In this document: positions 35,712-45,169 of the stretch, one piece after another
Numbering within the stretch: position 1 is the first letter of the stretch
Layout of the letters: each line of letters starts with the position of its first letter
Source of the DNA: a virus
Lineage: Duplodnaviria; Caudoviricetes
Length of the DNA: 46,302 nucleotides
Reading direction: 5' to 3' (one strand)
IMG/VR virus record: IMGVR_UViG_3300024254_000003
Location: 1-46,302 of that record
Translations under genes and position numbers: made by a program
The notes under the pieces: generated by a model
Databases searched by the model: none
What the model was told of the DNA's origin: nothing
What the model saw: the letters and a program-made list of their open reading frames with translations, nothing else

Positions 35712-36860
35712 ATGTTTAGTGGAACGAATGCTTTTAACAACTTAATCCCCAATGTCGCGCAGGTTAGGCAACCGCGAGGCATTATTTTGATTAACAACAA
35801 ACCTGTGAAATGGGTCAATATCCATACGACTACCACAACCTTTTATATGGCTGACAGATTCTCTTTAGAACTGCCATTGAATGGTCAAATATCTCCGTTC
35901 ACATTAGATTACTGGGCTTCATCTCCTCAGTTTGATGTTAAGGTTTATATTGGATTTCCTAAAAATCCCGATGTTTATTCAACGCAAGACTTAGATTTAA
36001 TGATGGTAGGTGAAGCGGATGATGTACAAGTGGATTTGTTAGCTGCACGAGTGATGATTAGTGGCAGAGATAACACATCGAAATTTATTGATAACAGCAC
36101 AACAGAAAAATTCCCGAATAAAACTAGCTCTTATATTGTGACGCAGTTTGCTAAACAACAAGGCTTAAACCCCGTTGTTACTGCTACCACAACCATCGTT
36201 GGCACATTTTACGAGAATCAACAAACACTTTTATCACGAGAAGTAACGCAGTGGGATTTGATGACATTCCTGGCTCAGCAAGAGAATTTTGTACTTTTTG
36301 TGAGAAATAATGACCTGGTTTTTGAACCAAGACAAACTACCTCACAGAATCCGTATATTCTAAAATACGCACCCCCGACTATTATACAAGCAAGTCCAAC
36401 ATTCAACGGCATGGCATTGTCTATATCAAGATCCACAACGCTTGCAAAAGATGTGCAGGTAACAGTTAAAGTGCCGTACAACCCAAAAACAGGAAAAGCG
36501 TTTAGTGTTACAAAAAAAGCCACGCACAGAAAAAGAAGCTATCTAAAAGACGTGCCGGAACCTTCAAAGGTCGTGCAAAAATTTTCATACATATTCCCTG
36601 GCTTAACGCCTGAGCAAGCTTCACAACGAGCGCAGCAGTTGTTGCAAAACATAACCATCCATGAAGTTAATCTTACAGCTTCCATGCCTGGTGATAATGT
36701 TCTAAAAAAAGATAGTTTGATCCAATTAACCGGCACCAACACTTCTCTTGACCAATTCTATTACGCCGATCAAGTGGATAGACAGCTTTCTATTAGCGAA
36801 GGCTATAGCATGACAATCAGTGCGAAGAACCATTCCGTGGATAGTGAGGTGTCGTTATGA
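35712..36860 (+). CDS. Baseplate hub (late control D / Mu gp44-like)
   Basis: ADRFSLEL, ISGRD, WDLMTFLA; size and position. Confidence 0.8.
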   Translation: MFSGTNAFNNLIPNVAQVRQPRGIILINNKPVKWVNIHTTTTTFYMADRFSLELPLNGQISPFTLDYWASSPQFDVKVYIGFPKNPDVYSTQDLDLMMVGEADDVQVDLLAARVMISGRDNTSKFIDNSTTEKFPNKTSSYIVTQFAKQQGLNPVVTATTTIVGTFYENQQTLLSREVTQWDLMTFLAQQENFVLFVRNNDLVFEPRQTTSQNPYILKYAPPTIIQASPTFNGMALSISRSTTLAKDVQVTVKVPYNPKTGKAFSVTKKATHRKRSYLKDVPEPSKVVQKFSYIFPGLTPEQASQRAQQLLQNITIHEVNLTASMPGDNVLKKDSLIQLTGTNTSLDQFYYADQVDRQLSISEGYSMTISAKNHSVDSEVSL

Positions 36861-37519
36861 TTGATAAATTTCTCAACGTCATGAAGATGCACTCACAAAT
36901 TGCAAATTCTGGTAAAGTTTTTTCAGCACTGGGCTTAGTAACAGGATATGATCCAGCTACTTATCTTGTGACGGTTGAACTTTATGGCGCGACAGATGAT
37001 TCTCCAGCTTTACAAACAGGTAGCATACCTTTGTTTAGCCCTTGGGTTGGGAATGGATGGGGCATGTTTTGCCCTCCTAATTTGGGAGACATCGTTGAAG
37101 TTCATTTTCAAGAAGGATCTTTGCAAAATGCTTATGCTTGTCTGCGCTCTTACGGCAATAATTCTCTACCTCTTTCGGTTCCCTCCGGCGAATTTTGGTT
37201 AGTACATCAATCTGGATCTTTCTTTAAACTGACGAATGATGGAAAGCTGTTATTGAATGGGGGTGTTGAGATTGATATCACGGCGCCTATTATAAACATC
37301 ACCTGCGCAACGTCAGTCTCAGTTACGGCGCCTGAAGTGTCAATCAATTCTGCCGATATATCACTAGGAAATTTGAGCGATAGTTTAACAGGATTGATGA
37401 ACGACGTGGCAATTGCGGTATATAATGGACACACGCACAATTCACCCGACGGCGTAACAGATCCTCCCAATCAACCGATTGGTAGTGATGCGCTAACGAT
37501 AAATGTTAAGGCAAACTAA
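36857..37519 (+). CDS. Baseplate central spike (gpV-like)
   Basis: OB-fold WGMFCPPNLGDIVEV; C-terminal HTH metal-binding motif YNGHTH. Confidence 0.85.
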   Translation: MIDKFLNVMKMHSQIANSGKVFSALGLVTGYDPATYLVTVELYGATDDSPALQTGSIPLFSPWVGNGWGMFCPPNLGDIVEVHFQEGSLQNAYACLRSYGNNSLPLSVPSGEFWLVHQSGSFFKLTNDGKLLLNGGVEIDITAPIINITCATSVSVTAPEVSINSADISLGNLSDSLTGLMNDVAIAVYNGHTHNSPDGVTDPPNQPIGSDALTINVKAN

Positions 37520-37914
37520 TGGCTGGATTTAATACATCGCAAACATTGTATGACATTAACCATAATTTTGGTCAAGATTTGTCGTTTGCAGCCAATGGTG
37601 ATTTACTCACAGTTAGCGATTCATCGAGAGGCGAGCAACGTGTATTGCGCAGATTGTTTACTAACCCAACCGATTATATCTGGCAGCCAACCTATGGCGC
37701 GGGATTGCCGAATGCGGTTGGGCAAACGCTTAGCGTGGATTTCTTCGATAACATCAAAGCTTTGATTACGTCGCAGATTTTCTTAGAGCAAGCGGTCGCG
37801 CAATCTCCGGCGCCAAAAATTTTCTTACAAACAATACAAGCTGGATTGTTCTGCCAGATCGAATACACTGATAATCCATCAAAAGAGCCAATTGTGCTGA
37901 CTTTTGATGTCTAA
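37519..37914 (+). CDS. Baseplate gp25/gpW-like protein
   Basis: RVLRRLFTNP..Y.W.P.YGAGL. Confidence 0.8.
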   Translation: MAGFNTSQTLYDINHNFGQDLSFAANGDLLTVSDSSRGEQRVLRRLFTNPTDYIWQPTYGAGLPNAVGQTLSVDFFDNIKALITSQIFLEQAVAQSPAPKIFLQTIQAGLFCQIEYTDNPSKEPIVLTFDV

Positions 37915-37943
37915 TGTTCCTCGTGGAACATGAACGTGAAACA
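37915..37943. promoter_or_regulatory. parS-like palindrome plus half-site
   Basis: TGTTCCTCGTGGAACA (15/16 match to TGTTCCACGTGGAACA) at 37915-37930, then ACGTGAAACA; intergenic. Confidence 0.55.
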
Positions 37944-37945
37944 TA

Positions 37946-39094
37946 ATGATCAAGGAAAGATCAATGACTTTACCGATAAAAAGTTTTGATGAGTTGGTTA
38001 ATGACCAGGTTGACGTGATGCAAGCCGCCGCAGGCGTGCCGTTGGATTTTAGCGTGGGATCAATTTTGCGATCCATCGTAGAAAGCAACTCTGGTAATGC
38101 ACTTTGGTTGCAAGCTTTGGTAATGCAATTGCTAGCTGTGACACGGTTAACAACCAGTTCTGGCAATGATGTTGATACTTTTGTTCAACAATTCGGATTG
38201 AGTCGTAATCCTCCAACGCCCGCAAGTGGTAATGTCACATTTGCTAGAAACACCACTACTGTACAAGCAACCATCCCCGTTGGTGCTTTGGTTGCAGCTA
38301 CTGTGAATGGCGTGAACTACGCAGTGATTGCTGACACAACTAACTCTAACTTTAATCCTAGTCTCAATGCCTATGTGATGTTAGTTGGCATAAGCACTCT
38401 GGATGTGCCAGTTGTAGCAACAACCGCAGGCGCCATTGGCAACGTGTTCAGCGATGAAATTACCGTGATTGTTTCGGTTATTCCCTACATTGACACCGTG
38501 AATAACTCACAGCCCTACACTAATGGACAAGATCAAGAATCTGACGAAGCTTTAAAAGCGCGCTTTGTTCTCTATCTGAATAGCCTTTCAAAAGCTACTC
38601 AACAAGCCATACAAGCAGCCATACTATCTGTGCCAGGTGTCGCTCGTTACAAGCTCGTCGAGAACGAAACAGTTGATAGCGTTGAGATGTTAGGTTTTTT
38701 CTATGCCGTTATAGACGACGGCGAAGGTTCGGCGTCTGGACCATTGATCGCTCAAGTTCAAGCAGCAATCGAAGCGGTACGTGGTTTTACAATCGCTTAT
38801 AGCGTTTACGCTCCAACAGCATACCCAGTTAATTTTGCAATAACTGTGCTAAGCGATGGCTCCGTAAGTTCTGGTACGCTACAAACAACTATCACACAAG
38901 CATTAGAAACCTACATCAGCAAGTCTGGTTTTGATGGTTTGCTTCCATATTCCAAAATTCCAGAAGTTGTTTATGATGCAAGTCCAGCGGTGCGTAATGT
39001 CACATCGTATACGCAAAATGCTGGCACGTCGGATATTCAGCTAGTAGGCAAACAAATCGCAACCGTTGGTACAATTACAGTGGTGGTGACCTAA
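37946..39094 (+). CDS. Baseplate J-like wedge protein (likely start 37964)
   Basis: GSILRSI, A.G.VTF.R, G..GNV, GQDQESDEAL.AR. Confidence 0.9.
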   Translation: MIKERSMTLPIKSFDELVNDQVDVMQAAAGVPLDFSVGSILRSIVESNSGNALWLQALVMQLLAVTRLTTSSGNDVDTFVQQFGLSRNPPTPASGNVTFARNTTTVQATIPVGALVAATVNGVNYAVIADTTNSNFNPSLNAYVMLVGISTLDVPVVATTAGAIGNVFSDEITVIVSVIPYIDTVNNSQPYTNGQDQESDEALKARFVLYLNSLSKATQQAIQAAILSVPGVARYKLVENETVDSVEMLGFFYAVIDDGEGSASGPLIAQVQAAIEAVRGFTIAYSVYAPTAYPVNFAITVLSDGSVSSGTLQTTITQALETYISKSGFDGLLPYSKIPEVVYDASPAVRNVTSYTQNAGTSDIQLVGKQIATVGTITVVVT

Positions 39095-39807
39095 TGGCGA
39101 CCGGCAGCGCAGTAGACATTTATAATCGGCTATTAACGCAATTACCACCTTGGTTTGGTGGCTCACATCCTGTTCTCGATGTTGTTTTGTCTGCTTATGT
39201 TCAAACAGCTTCGTTTGCTTATAATTCACAAGTTCAATACTTACCACCGCAAATGCGCATACAAACTGCCTACGGTGATAACTTGGATTTGATATCACAA
39301 GATTATTTTGGTGGGAGCTTGCCCCGCAGAGATGGTGAGAATGATGATACATTCCGGCAAAGAATTTTAGCGACGTTACTACAAGAAAAAGCTACACGTC
39401 GTGGCATGGATAATGCGCTCTATATTTTGACCGGCTTTCATCCAACCATTTTTGAGCCATGGTTTCCTACAGACACTGGCGGCTATAACGTTCCTAGTTC
39501 GTTGGCTTACGGTGATTCTTCTGTTCCAGGTTCTGGATTCGGTAGCTACGGTTCAGGGTCTTACGCATATCAAGCTTTTGTTGATGTGTATGTCAGTCAA
39601 TATCAAGGGCTTGGAGTCTACAGCGGATATAACAGTGATTATGGCGGATATAACGCATATGGCGCGCCTGCGACATTTTGGTACGGGGGTGAATCTTTGA
39701 TTAATGCGATTATTACAGATCAAGATATTTATCACACAATAAATTTAACTAAAGTGTATGGCACCATTATTTGGGTAGCGATACATAGGATCAATCAAAT
39801 AGCATAA
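39094..39807 (+). CDS. Baseplate wedge protein (gpI-like)
   Basis: TAYGDNLDLI..D.FG..L.RR.GE.DD.FR.RI. Confidence 0.75.
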   Translation: MATGSAVDIYNRLLTQLPPWFGGSHPVLDVVLSAYVQTASFAYNSQVQYLPPQMRIQTAYGDNLDLISQDYFGGSLPRRDGENDDTFRQRILATLLQEKATRRGMDNALYILTGFHPTIFEPWFPTDTGGYNVPSSLAYGDSSVPGSGFGSYGSGSYAYQAFVDVYVSQYQGLGVYSGYNSDYGGYNAYGAPATFWYGGESLINAIITDQDIYHTINLTKVYGTIIWVAIHRINQIA

Positions 39808-39816
39808 GGATATAAT

Positions 39817-41331
39817 ATGTCTCTAATTTTAAGCGGTCGTGTAATTGTTTATACAAACCAAGTTCCGTACGAGCAAGATATTTTGCGCACTAACTTGTAT
39901 CAATTGGTTGATGTCGCTAATTTAGCTGAAACCGTACTGGGTACGGGAATTGGTAACCCAACATTAGCGCGCGGTTTGCCCTGTACGCCAATTTCACCCC
40001 CTGGAATGTCCGTGGTCATTGGTCCAGGTGTGTTTTACAGCTTTCAGTTTTTGGATGCAACTGCCTACGGTGTGTTGCCAGTTGATACCAATGTGAACCA
40101 TATGCAATACAAACAAGGGATCAACCTCAATCCACAAACTTTCGCAACGCCTGCTCCTGTGACAGCGCCTGGGGATTCGCAGATTTATCTAATCCAGGGT
40201 GAATTTCAAACGCAAGATGTGAACAACGTCTCTCGGCCGTATTTTAATAGCGCCGATCCCACAATGCCGATTTTCAATAGTAATTATGATACCAGAGAAG
40301 ATTTGGTATTTCTTTCTGTCAAAGCTGGAACTCCGGCACCTTCTCCGGTTGCACCTACGCCTGATGCTGGTTTTACGGCACTTTACTATGTTACGGTGGC
40401 TTATGGGCAAACCTCCGTTATATCTGGAAACATCACCGTAGCACCTGGCGCGCCGTTCATTACTGAATCTTTAACGCAGAAAATATCAGCAAGCAGCGGT
40501 GATGCGCGTTATGTTCAATTTTCGCAATATCAGAATCAATCGCCCGTCTACGGAACAGATATCGGCGCATTGAATGCTTTGGCTGTAACAATTAGCCCTG
40601 CTATTACTGTTAGAACGGTAGGTATGAAGATCGCTGTCAAGGCAGCTAATACCAATACGGCAAGTGTGACATTAAACGTAAATGGCTTAGGAAATGATGC
40701 CGTGCAGTTGTCAGATGGTACGGCGGTTTCAGCTTCATATATCATCGCAAATTCAGTTTATGAGTTCACTTATCTTGGCAGTAACATTTGGCAGTTGATG
40801 AATCCTAGTATCACTTCAGCGATCCCACCTGGTATGGAAGGAGTTTTCTACGGAACATCGGCGCCCCTGGGTTGGTTGGCTTTAACTGATACTGTTCCCT
40901 CAACTTCTCCGCAAACTGTCAGTCGTACGACTTATGCTGCTTTGTTCGCAGCTATCGGCACAACCTGGGGCGTAGGTGACGGATCAACAACATTTACACT
41001 GCCTCCAGGTGCGCGCGTAGTATCGATAGGTGCAGGCGGAACAGGCACGGGAACTATAGGGAATGCGGTTGGTAACACAGGGGGCGTAGAAGGAGCTAAT
41101 ATTGCAGGAACTGAAATGGCGCCACATGCTCATGGTGTATCGCCACAAGGTTCGATTGGTTCATTTGGTATAAATTCTACCAATGTGACAAATTCGGCTT
41201 ATGCAAACTCGGCAGGCGCAAATTTATCATTAACAACATCATTTACTACCAATAATTTCCCAACTGTTGCACAAACCCCGCTTAGCAAAATGCAACCTAG
41301 CATAGTTACGCTGAAATGCATTAAGTATTAA
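39817..41331 (+). CDS. Tail fibre with tail-collar domain
   Basis: APLGWL...SRTTYAALFAAIGTTWGVGDGSTTFTLP; MAPHAH; QPSIV...IKY. Confidence 0.88.
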   Translation: MSLILSGRVIVYTNQVPYEQDILRTNLYQLVDVANLAETVLGTGIGNPTLARGLPCTPISPPGMSVVIGPGVFYSFQFLDATAYGVLPVDTNVNHMQYKQGINLNPQTFATPAPVTAPGDSQIYLIQGEFQTQDVNNVSRPYFNSADPTMPIFNSNYDTREDLVFLSVKAGTPAPSPVAPTPDAGFTALYYVTVAYGQTSVISGNITVAPGAPFITESLTQKISASSGDARYVQFSQYQNQSPVYGTDIGALNALAVTISPAITVRTVGMKIAVKAANTNTASVTLNVNGLGNDAVQLSDGTAVSASYIIANSVYEFTYLGSNIWQLMNPSITSAIPPGMEGVFYGTSAPLGWLALTDTVPSTSPQTVSRTTYAALFAAIGTTWGVGDGSTTFTLPPGARVVSIGAGGTGTGTIGNAVGNTGGVEGANIAGTEMAPHAHGVSPQGSIGSFGINSTNVTNSAYANSAGANLSLTTSFTTNNFPTVAQTPLSKMQPSIVTLKCIKY

Positions 41332-41343
41332 GCTGGAGGCTAT

Positions 41344-41676
41344 ATGCGTGTAACCGAAGAGATAAAGTTTAAGCTGGTTGATTTAGCTGAACATGATCTT
41401 CGGTTGCAAGCGACCATGATAGCCTTCGGTGAAAATATGAAACAGATTAATGAAAATATCAAAGAGATAACTAACGTCAGCGTGAAACTAGCAGAAAGGA
41501 TAAAAGTTTTAGAAGCGGACTTTTCAGAGCGTAGTGTTAAGCGGCAGTTGATGATGATCTTAATGACGTTATACCCTTTCATCATCGGCGCGCTTATCAT
41601 CATCGCCAACATTGATCATGCCAAAGTATCGGAACTAATGAAGACAATACAGGATTTAACGACGATTCACAGTTGA
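41344..41676 (+). CDS. Coiled-coil plus single-TM protein (hemolysin XhlA/holin-like)
   Basis: Heptad region followed by one hydrophobic helix; GGAGG RBS. Confidence 0.6.
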   Translation: MRVTEEIKFKLVDLAEHDLRLQATMIAFGENMKQINENIKEITNVSVKLAERIKVLEADFSERSVKRQLMMILMTLYPFIIGALIIIANIDHAKVSELMKTIQDLTTIHS

Positions 41677-41838
41677 TTTTTTCAAGCGTATTTCCTCACG
41701 ATCCACAGAAATATGGCGCGGCGCATCAAAGCCAAGCTTGATCCTATCATCATCCATTCCGAGGTAAGTAATAGTGATCATATTCTCACCCTCGCCAATA
41801 ATGATCTTTTCGCCTCTGCGTCTATAGAGCGTCAACAT
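41656..41838 (-). CDS. csrA: CsrA/RsmA-family translational regulator
   Basis: MLTLYRRRGEKIIIG...ITITYLG...IKLGFDAPRHISVDREEI aligns by eye end to end with CsrA (MLILTRRVGETLMIG...VRIGVNAPKEVSVHREEI); the RNA-binding Arg of REE is retained. Confidence 0.92.
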   Translation of the reverse strand: MLTLYRRRGEKIIIGEGENMITITYLGMDDDRIKLGFDAPRHISVDREEIRLKKSTVNRR

Positions 41839-41848
41839 CCTTTTGCCC

Positions 41849-41992
41849 TTACTTTTTGTTTGCCTTCTTCTTTGATTTACCCGCTTTGCTCATAGCAATG
41901 GCTACAGCTTGCGCTTCTGGAACTTTTGCTTTTCTTTCTGTGCGTATATTTTGAGAGATAACCTTCTTGGATTTTCCAGATTTGAGCGGCAT
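41849..41992 (-). CDS. Small highly basic protein (47 aa, not in ORF track)
   Basis: [47 protein letters not shown]; AAGGA RBS. Confidence 0.8.
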   Translation of the reverse strand: MPLKSGKSKKVISQNIRTERKAKVPEAQAVAIAMSKAGKSKKKANKK

Positions 41993-41994
41993 AG

Positions 41995-42222
41995 TCAGTC
42001 CTTTTTACTTTCATGCTGGTATTTTACTACACAATCACCACTGATATAAACAAGTTTCCCCGTACTTTGCTCATGGAAAATGTAAAATCCCTGGGCTATG
42101 CGCACGTCGTCCGTGTAATGCCGGTAAGTTACTTTAGCGTTGGAAGAAAAACAGATTATTTCGGCGGCGTGGGCTTGGAAAGAAAACAAGAACAGTGATA
42201 GAATGGCTATGATTTCTTTCAT
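41995..42222 (-). CDS. Small exported protein
   Basis: Signal peptide ending AHA; Cys pair; AAGGAG RBS. Confidence 0.7.
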   Translation of the reverse strand: MKEIIAILSLFLFSFQAHAAEIICFSSNAKVTYRHYTDDVRIAQGFYIFHEQSTGKLVYISGDCVVKYQHESKKD

Positions 42223-42250
42223 GAGTAAATCTCCTTAGTGTGGTCTGAAT

Positions 42251-42273
42251 GGCGCGTGAGACACGCGCCTTTT
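42251..42273 (+). terminator. Intrinsic terminator (plus-strand polarity)
   Basis: GGCGCGTG-aga-CACGCGCC-TTTT. Confidence 0.65.
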
Positions 42274-42303
42274 CAGTATCTTAAGAGATTTTCAGATCAA
42301 AAT

Positions 42304-42807
42304 CTATTTGATAATGATAGAAGTTGTATAAGTTAAGTTTGCCCCTTCGACAATCACGCCGTTTAACAAATCGTTTTTTACAGCTTCGTTGTCAATAACC
42401 ACGTCTTCCGTTAAAACAATCTTGCCGTAATCGAAAACTAGCTTCTCTTTGTCAGTGATATTGAGTTTCGCTTGGCCTTTGCGCTTAGTAACCTGGAGAT
42501 AAGCGTTTATGACGGGGAATTGTATTGTCATGCTATCAGCGTGGAATCTTATGTAGTTTTTCCAGTCTTCAGCGATTTTTTCATAGCGTCTAGCTCGTTT
42601 TTCCATTTCTTTGACAGCGGCGCGGATGGCTTCTGCCTGTGTCTCAATATTACGTACATGACCTGCCACAGCAAGAATTTTATCTTCAGCTTGCACGTCA
42701 AGATGGTCAATTTGAGCTTGCACTTGAGCGCGCTCTTCGTCAGTTTCACATGCATCGAGTTGGTCAAATAATTTCTGATATTCCGTAGATATTTCATAAA
42801 GTCTCAT
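42304..42807 (-). CDS. Siphovirus Gp157 / Gam-like coiled-coil protein
   Basis: MRLYEI...K...A..VRN...AEAI...G..VEGA.L. Confidence 0.8.
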   Translation of the reverse strand: MRLYEISTEYQKLFDQLDACETDEERAQVQAQIDHLDVQAEDKILAVAGHVRNIETQAEAIRAAVKEMEKRARRYEKIAEDWKNYIRFHADSMTIQFPVINAYLQVTKRKGQAKLNITDKEKLVFDYGKIVLTEDVVIDNEAVKNDLLNGVIVEGANLTYTTSIIIK

Positions 42808-42839
42808 TGTAAATTCCTAGTGTGGGTGATTTGATTTCT

Positions 42840-43172
42840 TTAATGTGTTGATTGCATCATCGTTAAGATGGTATCTAAAGATGTTGGAAGATGTAAGCCA
42901 AAATCTTTTAAAACTTCTTTCGCCAAAACTTTAACGTCAAGGTTTTGTTTACCCTGACGTATCAAAGAATCGCATATTGTCATAACAGCCGGAATGATTA
43001 ACATATTCAGGGGAGCAAGATTGAAATTAACGAAGGCATTAAAATCCATCGAAATATTTTTTTCTCTTAGCTCTCTGCCTAAAACGGTTAATTTTTCATA
43101 ATAGAACTGCACAAGTTCATTTGCGAAGTTTGTATTTAGCTGCTCTGCGTAAGCGTCAATTTGATTTTCCAT
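42840..43172 (-). CDS. Hypothetical protein
   Basis: ORF in operon. Confidence 0.65.
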   Translation of the reverse strand: MENQIDAYAEQLNTNFANELVQFYYEKLTVLGRELREKNISMDFNAFVNFNLAPLNMLIIPAVMTICDSLIRQGKQNLDVKVLAKEVLKDFGLHLPTSLDTILTMMQSTH

Positions 43173-43173
43173 A

Positions 43174-43356
43174 TTAACCCTTAGTTAATTTCTTAATTTT
43201 TTGTTGCAGTTTTGCAAGATCGGCGCAAAGTGCTTTACTCAATGCTTGCATCTTCTTTTTTAACAGCATTTGGTCTGGGCTGCTGCGCTTACGTTTAGCT
43301 GCTTTCTTTCGTGTTTTTCTGGATTTTTCTGCTTTTACTTCTTCAAAATCTGACAT
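43174..43356 (-). CDS. Small basic protein
   Basis: K/R-rich; GAGGA RBS. Confidence 0.6.
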   Translation of the reverse strand: MSDFEEVKAEKSRKTRKKAAKRKRSSPDQMLLKKKMQALSKALCADLAKLQQKIKKLTKG

Positions 43357-43368
43357 AAATTTCCTCTA

Positions 43369-43554
43369 TTATTGATTGTAAAATTTACCATCGTGTATCA
43401 CTATGATATACGATGGTTCTTCTGGGTCATCGTTTGTAGATTGTATCAATCCCCCCAGAACCAGGCCGATACAAAGTGACACAGTGGATATAATAAAAAA
43501 CTTAAAACGTTGGGATATCATCATTAAACTCGTCAATTGATACTGCTTGTTCAC
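43369..43554 (-). CDS. Small membrane protein
   Basis: Single TM helix; start uncertain. Confidence 0.45.
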   Translation of the reverse strand: MNKQYQLTSLMMISQRFKFFIISTVSLCIGLVLGGLIQSTNDDPEEPSYIIVIHDGKFYNQ

Positions 43555-43972
43555 CGATACTATCGTCCGGAATAATATACCCTTTCACCGCGTTACGCTC
43601 CTCATAGTCACCGTTTGCTGGGTTAATGCCTAGCGTCAAGTAGCCCGTTCGGTCAAAGAGCATGTCAGTATCATGGGTATCTGAGTCATATTGTTTGCCA
43701 AGATCCACGGCATGAAATAATGCCCGTTGTTTCCATGCAAAATCATCAGCGTCGATAATGTCATCGTAGATGATTCGAGAACGATCTTGCTCATCCCATA
43801 TCCGCATAACCAGTTGGATTTTAGGGAATGCCTTGTTTTTTCCGCCCATCAGTCTATTGCCATTCCTATCAGTGACAACAATATCAGTAATTTTAAATTG
43901 GTATACGCCCTTTGGCCAGATTTTCATAGCTTTCAATTCAGCTTCCGACTTTGCTTTTGTATTAAATCTCAT
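43502..43972 (-). CDS. DUF669-like single-stranded DNA-binding protein
   Basis: P.G.Y.F.I N-terminus, RN.V..Y, acidic tail DDIPTF; next to recombinase. Confidence 0.75.
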   Translation of the reverse strand: MRFNTKAKSEAELKAMKIWPKGVYQFKITDIVVTDRNGNRLMGGKNKAFPKIQLVMRIWDEQDRSRIIYDDIIDADDFAWKQRALFHAVDLGKQYDSDTHDTDMLFDRTGYLTLGINPANGDYEERNAVKGYIIPDDSIGEQAVSIDEFNDDIPTF

Positions 43973-44741
43973 CTTTACTCTCCGTAGTTAATAAATTAGT
44001 TTCTGACACGATTTCCGCATTTAATAGTTCAAACTTGCGCTTGTCTTTGGCGCGAGTGATTTCTGCTTGTAGAGCTTTGTTGCCTTTAGCTAGCATGTAA
44101 AAATTTTCAAACTGAGTTTTTAGTTCACTCTCATCTTTGGCATCCAAGATGGGCTGATAATCGATTTTTAATCCTGGCTCGACATAGGATTGTTGATAGC
44201 GGTTTTCTCGATTCGGTGTTGACGCCATGGCTTCTATATCGGACTCGTCAGGTATGCCCAGGCCGCATATTGAAAGCGTGGCGCGACGTTTGGCTTTTGT
44301 TTCGCCTCGCATGATCGCATTTGCTAGCTCAACGCCGACTTTGCCTGCAATGCTTACAACACCTGTACCGATGTCTTCTCGGCCGTCGGGGGTGCAGACA
44401 TAAACAGTGATAATAATTGTCTTATCGCCAAAAAATTCTCTAGTTATATTCTTAACAGACACTCGGTTGATCTTGCGCAGTTGCTCGGTTGCTTCTTTTC
44501 TTGCATAGAGCTTTTCACCGCCTTCTTTGTCTTTCAGTATGTCAAAAGGCTTTGTAAGCGGGTTCAATCCCAGGGCTTTACAAAAAGCGTGGATATATAC
44601 TAACTTTTCCTGGTCATCCAAAATCGCTAGGTCGCCGTTGAGCAAAACTTTAGACAGGATTTCTGCCGGTATAAGATCATATGGGTTTATTGGTGCATTT
44701 GTAGTCATCAATTCTTGATTATCGTTTGTTAAATCTGTCAT
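43962..44741 (-). CDS. Single-strand annealing recombinase (RecT/Redbeta-like)
   Basis: CKALGLNPL, M..ETKAKRRA.L...GLG..DE; context with SSB and Gp157. Confidence 0.7.
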   Translation of the reverse strand: MTDLTNDNQELMTTNAPINPYDLIPAEILSKVLLNGDLAILDDQEKLVYIHAFCKALGLNPLTKPFDILKDKEGGEKLYARKEATEQLRKINRVSVKNITREFFGDKTIIITVYVCTPDGREDIGTGVVSIAGKVGVELANAIMRGETKAKRRATLSICGLGIPDESDIEAMASTPNRENRYQQSYVEPGLKIDYQPILDAKDESELKTQFENFYMLAKGNKALQAEITRAKDKRKFELLNAEIVSETNLLTTESKDEI

Positions 44742-44816
44742 AGCGTTTTTTTCTCCGTTTTTGTAAATAGGTCATTAAGCAAGCGTATAAGAATATAAAA
44801 AATAATTGCTCTAAGG

Positions 44817-45062
44817 TTATTGGCATGTCTTGATATCCGGATGCTTGTGCGTAATTAAAGATAGATTCATAGTATCTGAATCTTGATTAATTTCGAATGC
44901 GGTACCACGTGATAAGCTTAAATCATTTTGTGTGAGTTCTATTTTCCCTCCATTTTTTAAAATTATCGATGCCATTATTAGCATTAGCATTTCTGCTACT
45001 TCTTTTGAATCACCCGTCAAGTTTTCCGTTCTTATTATTGTCATGCCGTCTTGTTTTTGCAT
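44817..45062 (-). CDS. Hypothetical protein
   Basis: ORF with GGAG RBS. Confidence 0.6.
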   Translation of the reverse strand: MQKQDGMTIIRTENLTGDSKEVAEMLMLIMASIILKNGGKIELTQNDLSLSRGTAFEINQDSDTMNLSLITHKHPDIKTCQ

Positions 45063-45169
45063 TCTTCCATCTCCAGAATTGGGTTTGTATTATTACAAAT
45101 AAGTGCTGTATAAGTCTATATTTTCCTGAGTAAATCCTCTGTTTTTTATTGATGAAGTCGCGCATTGTG

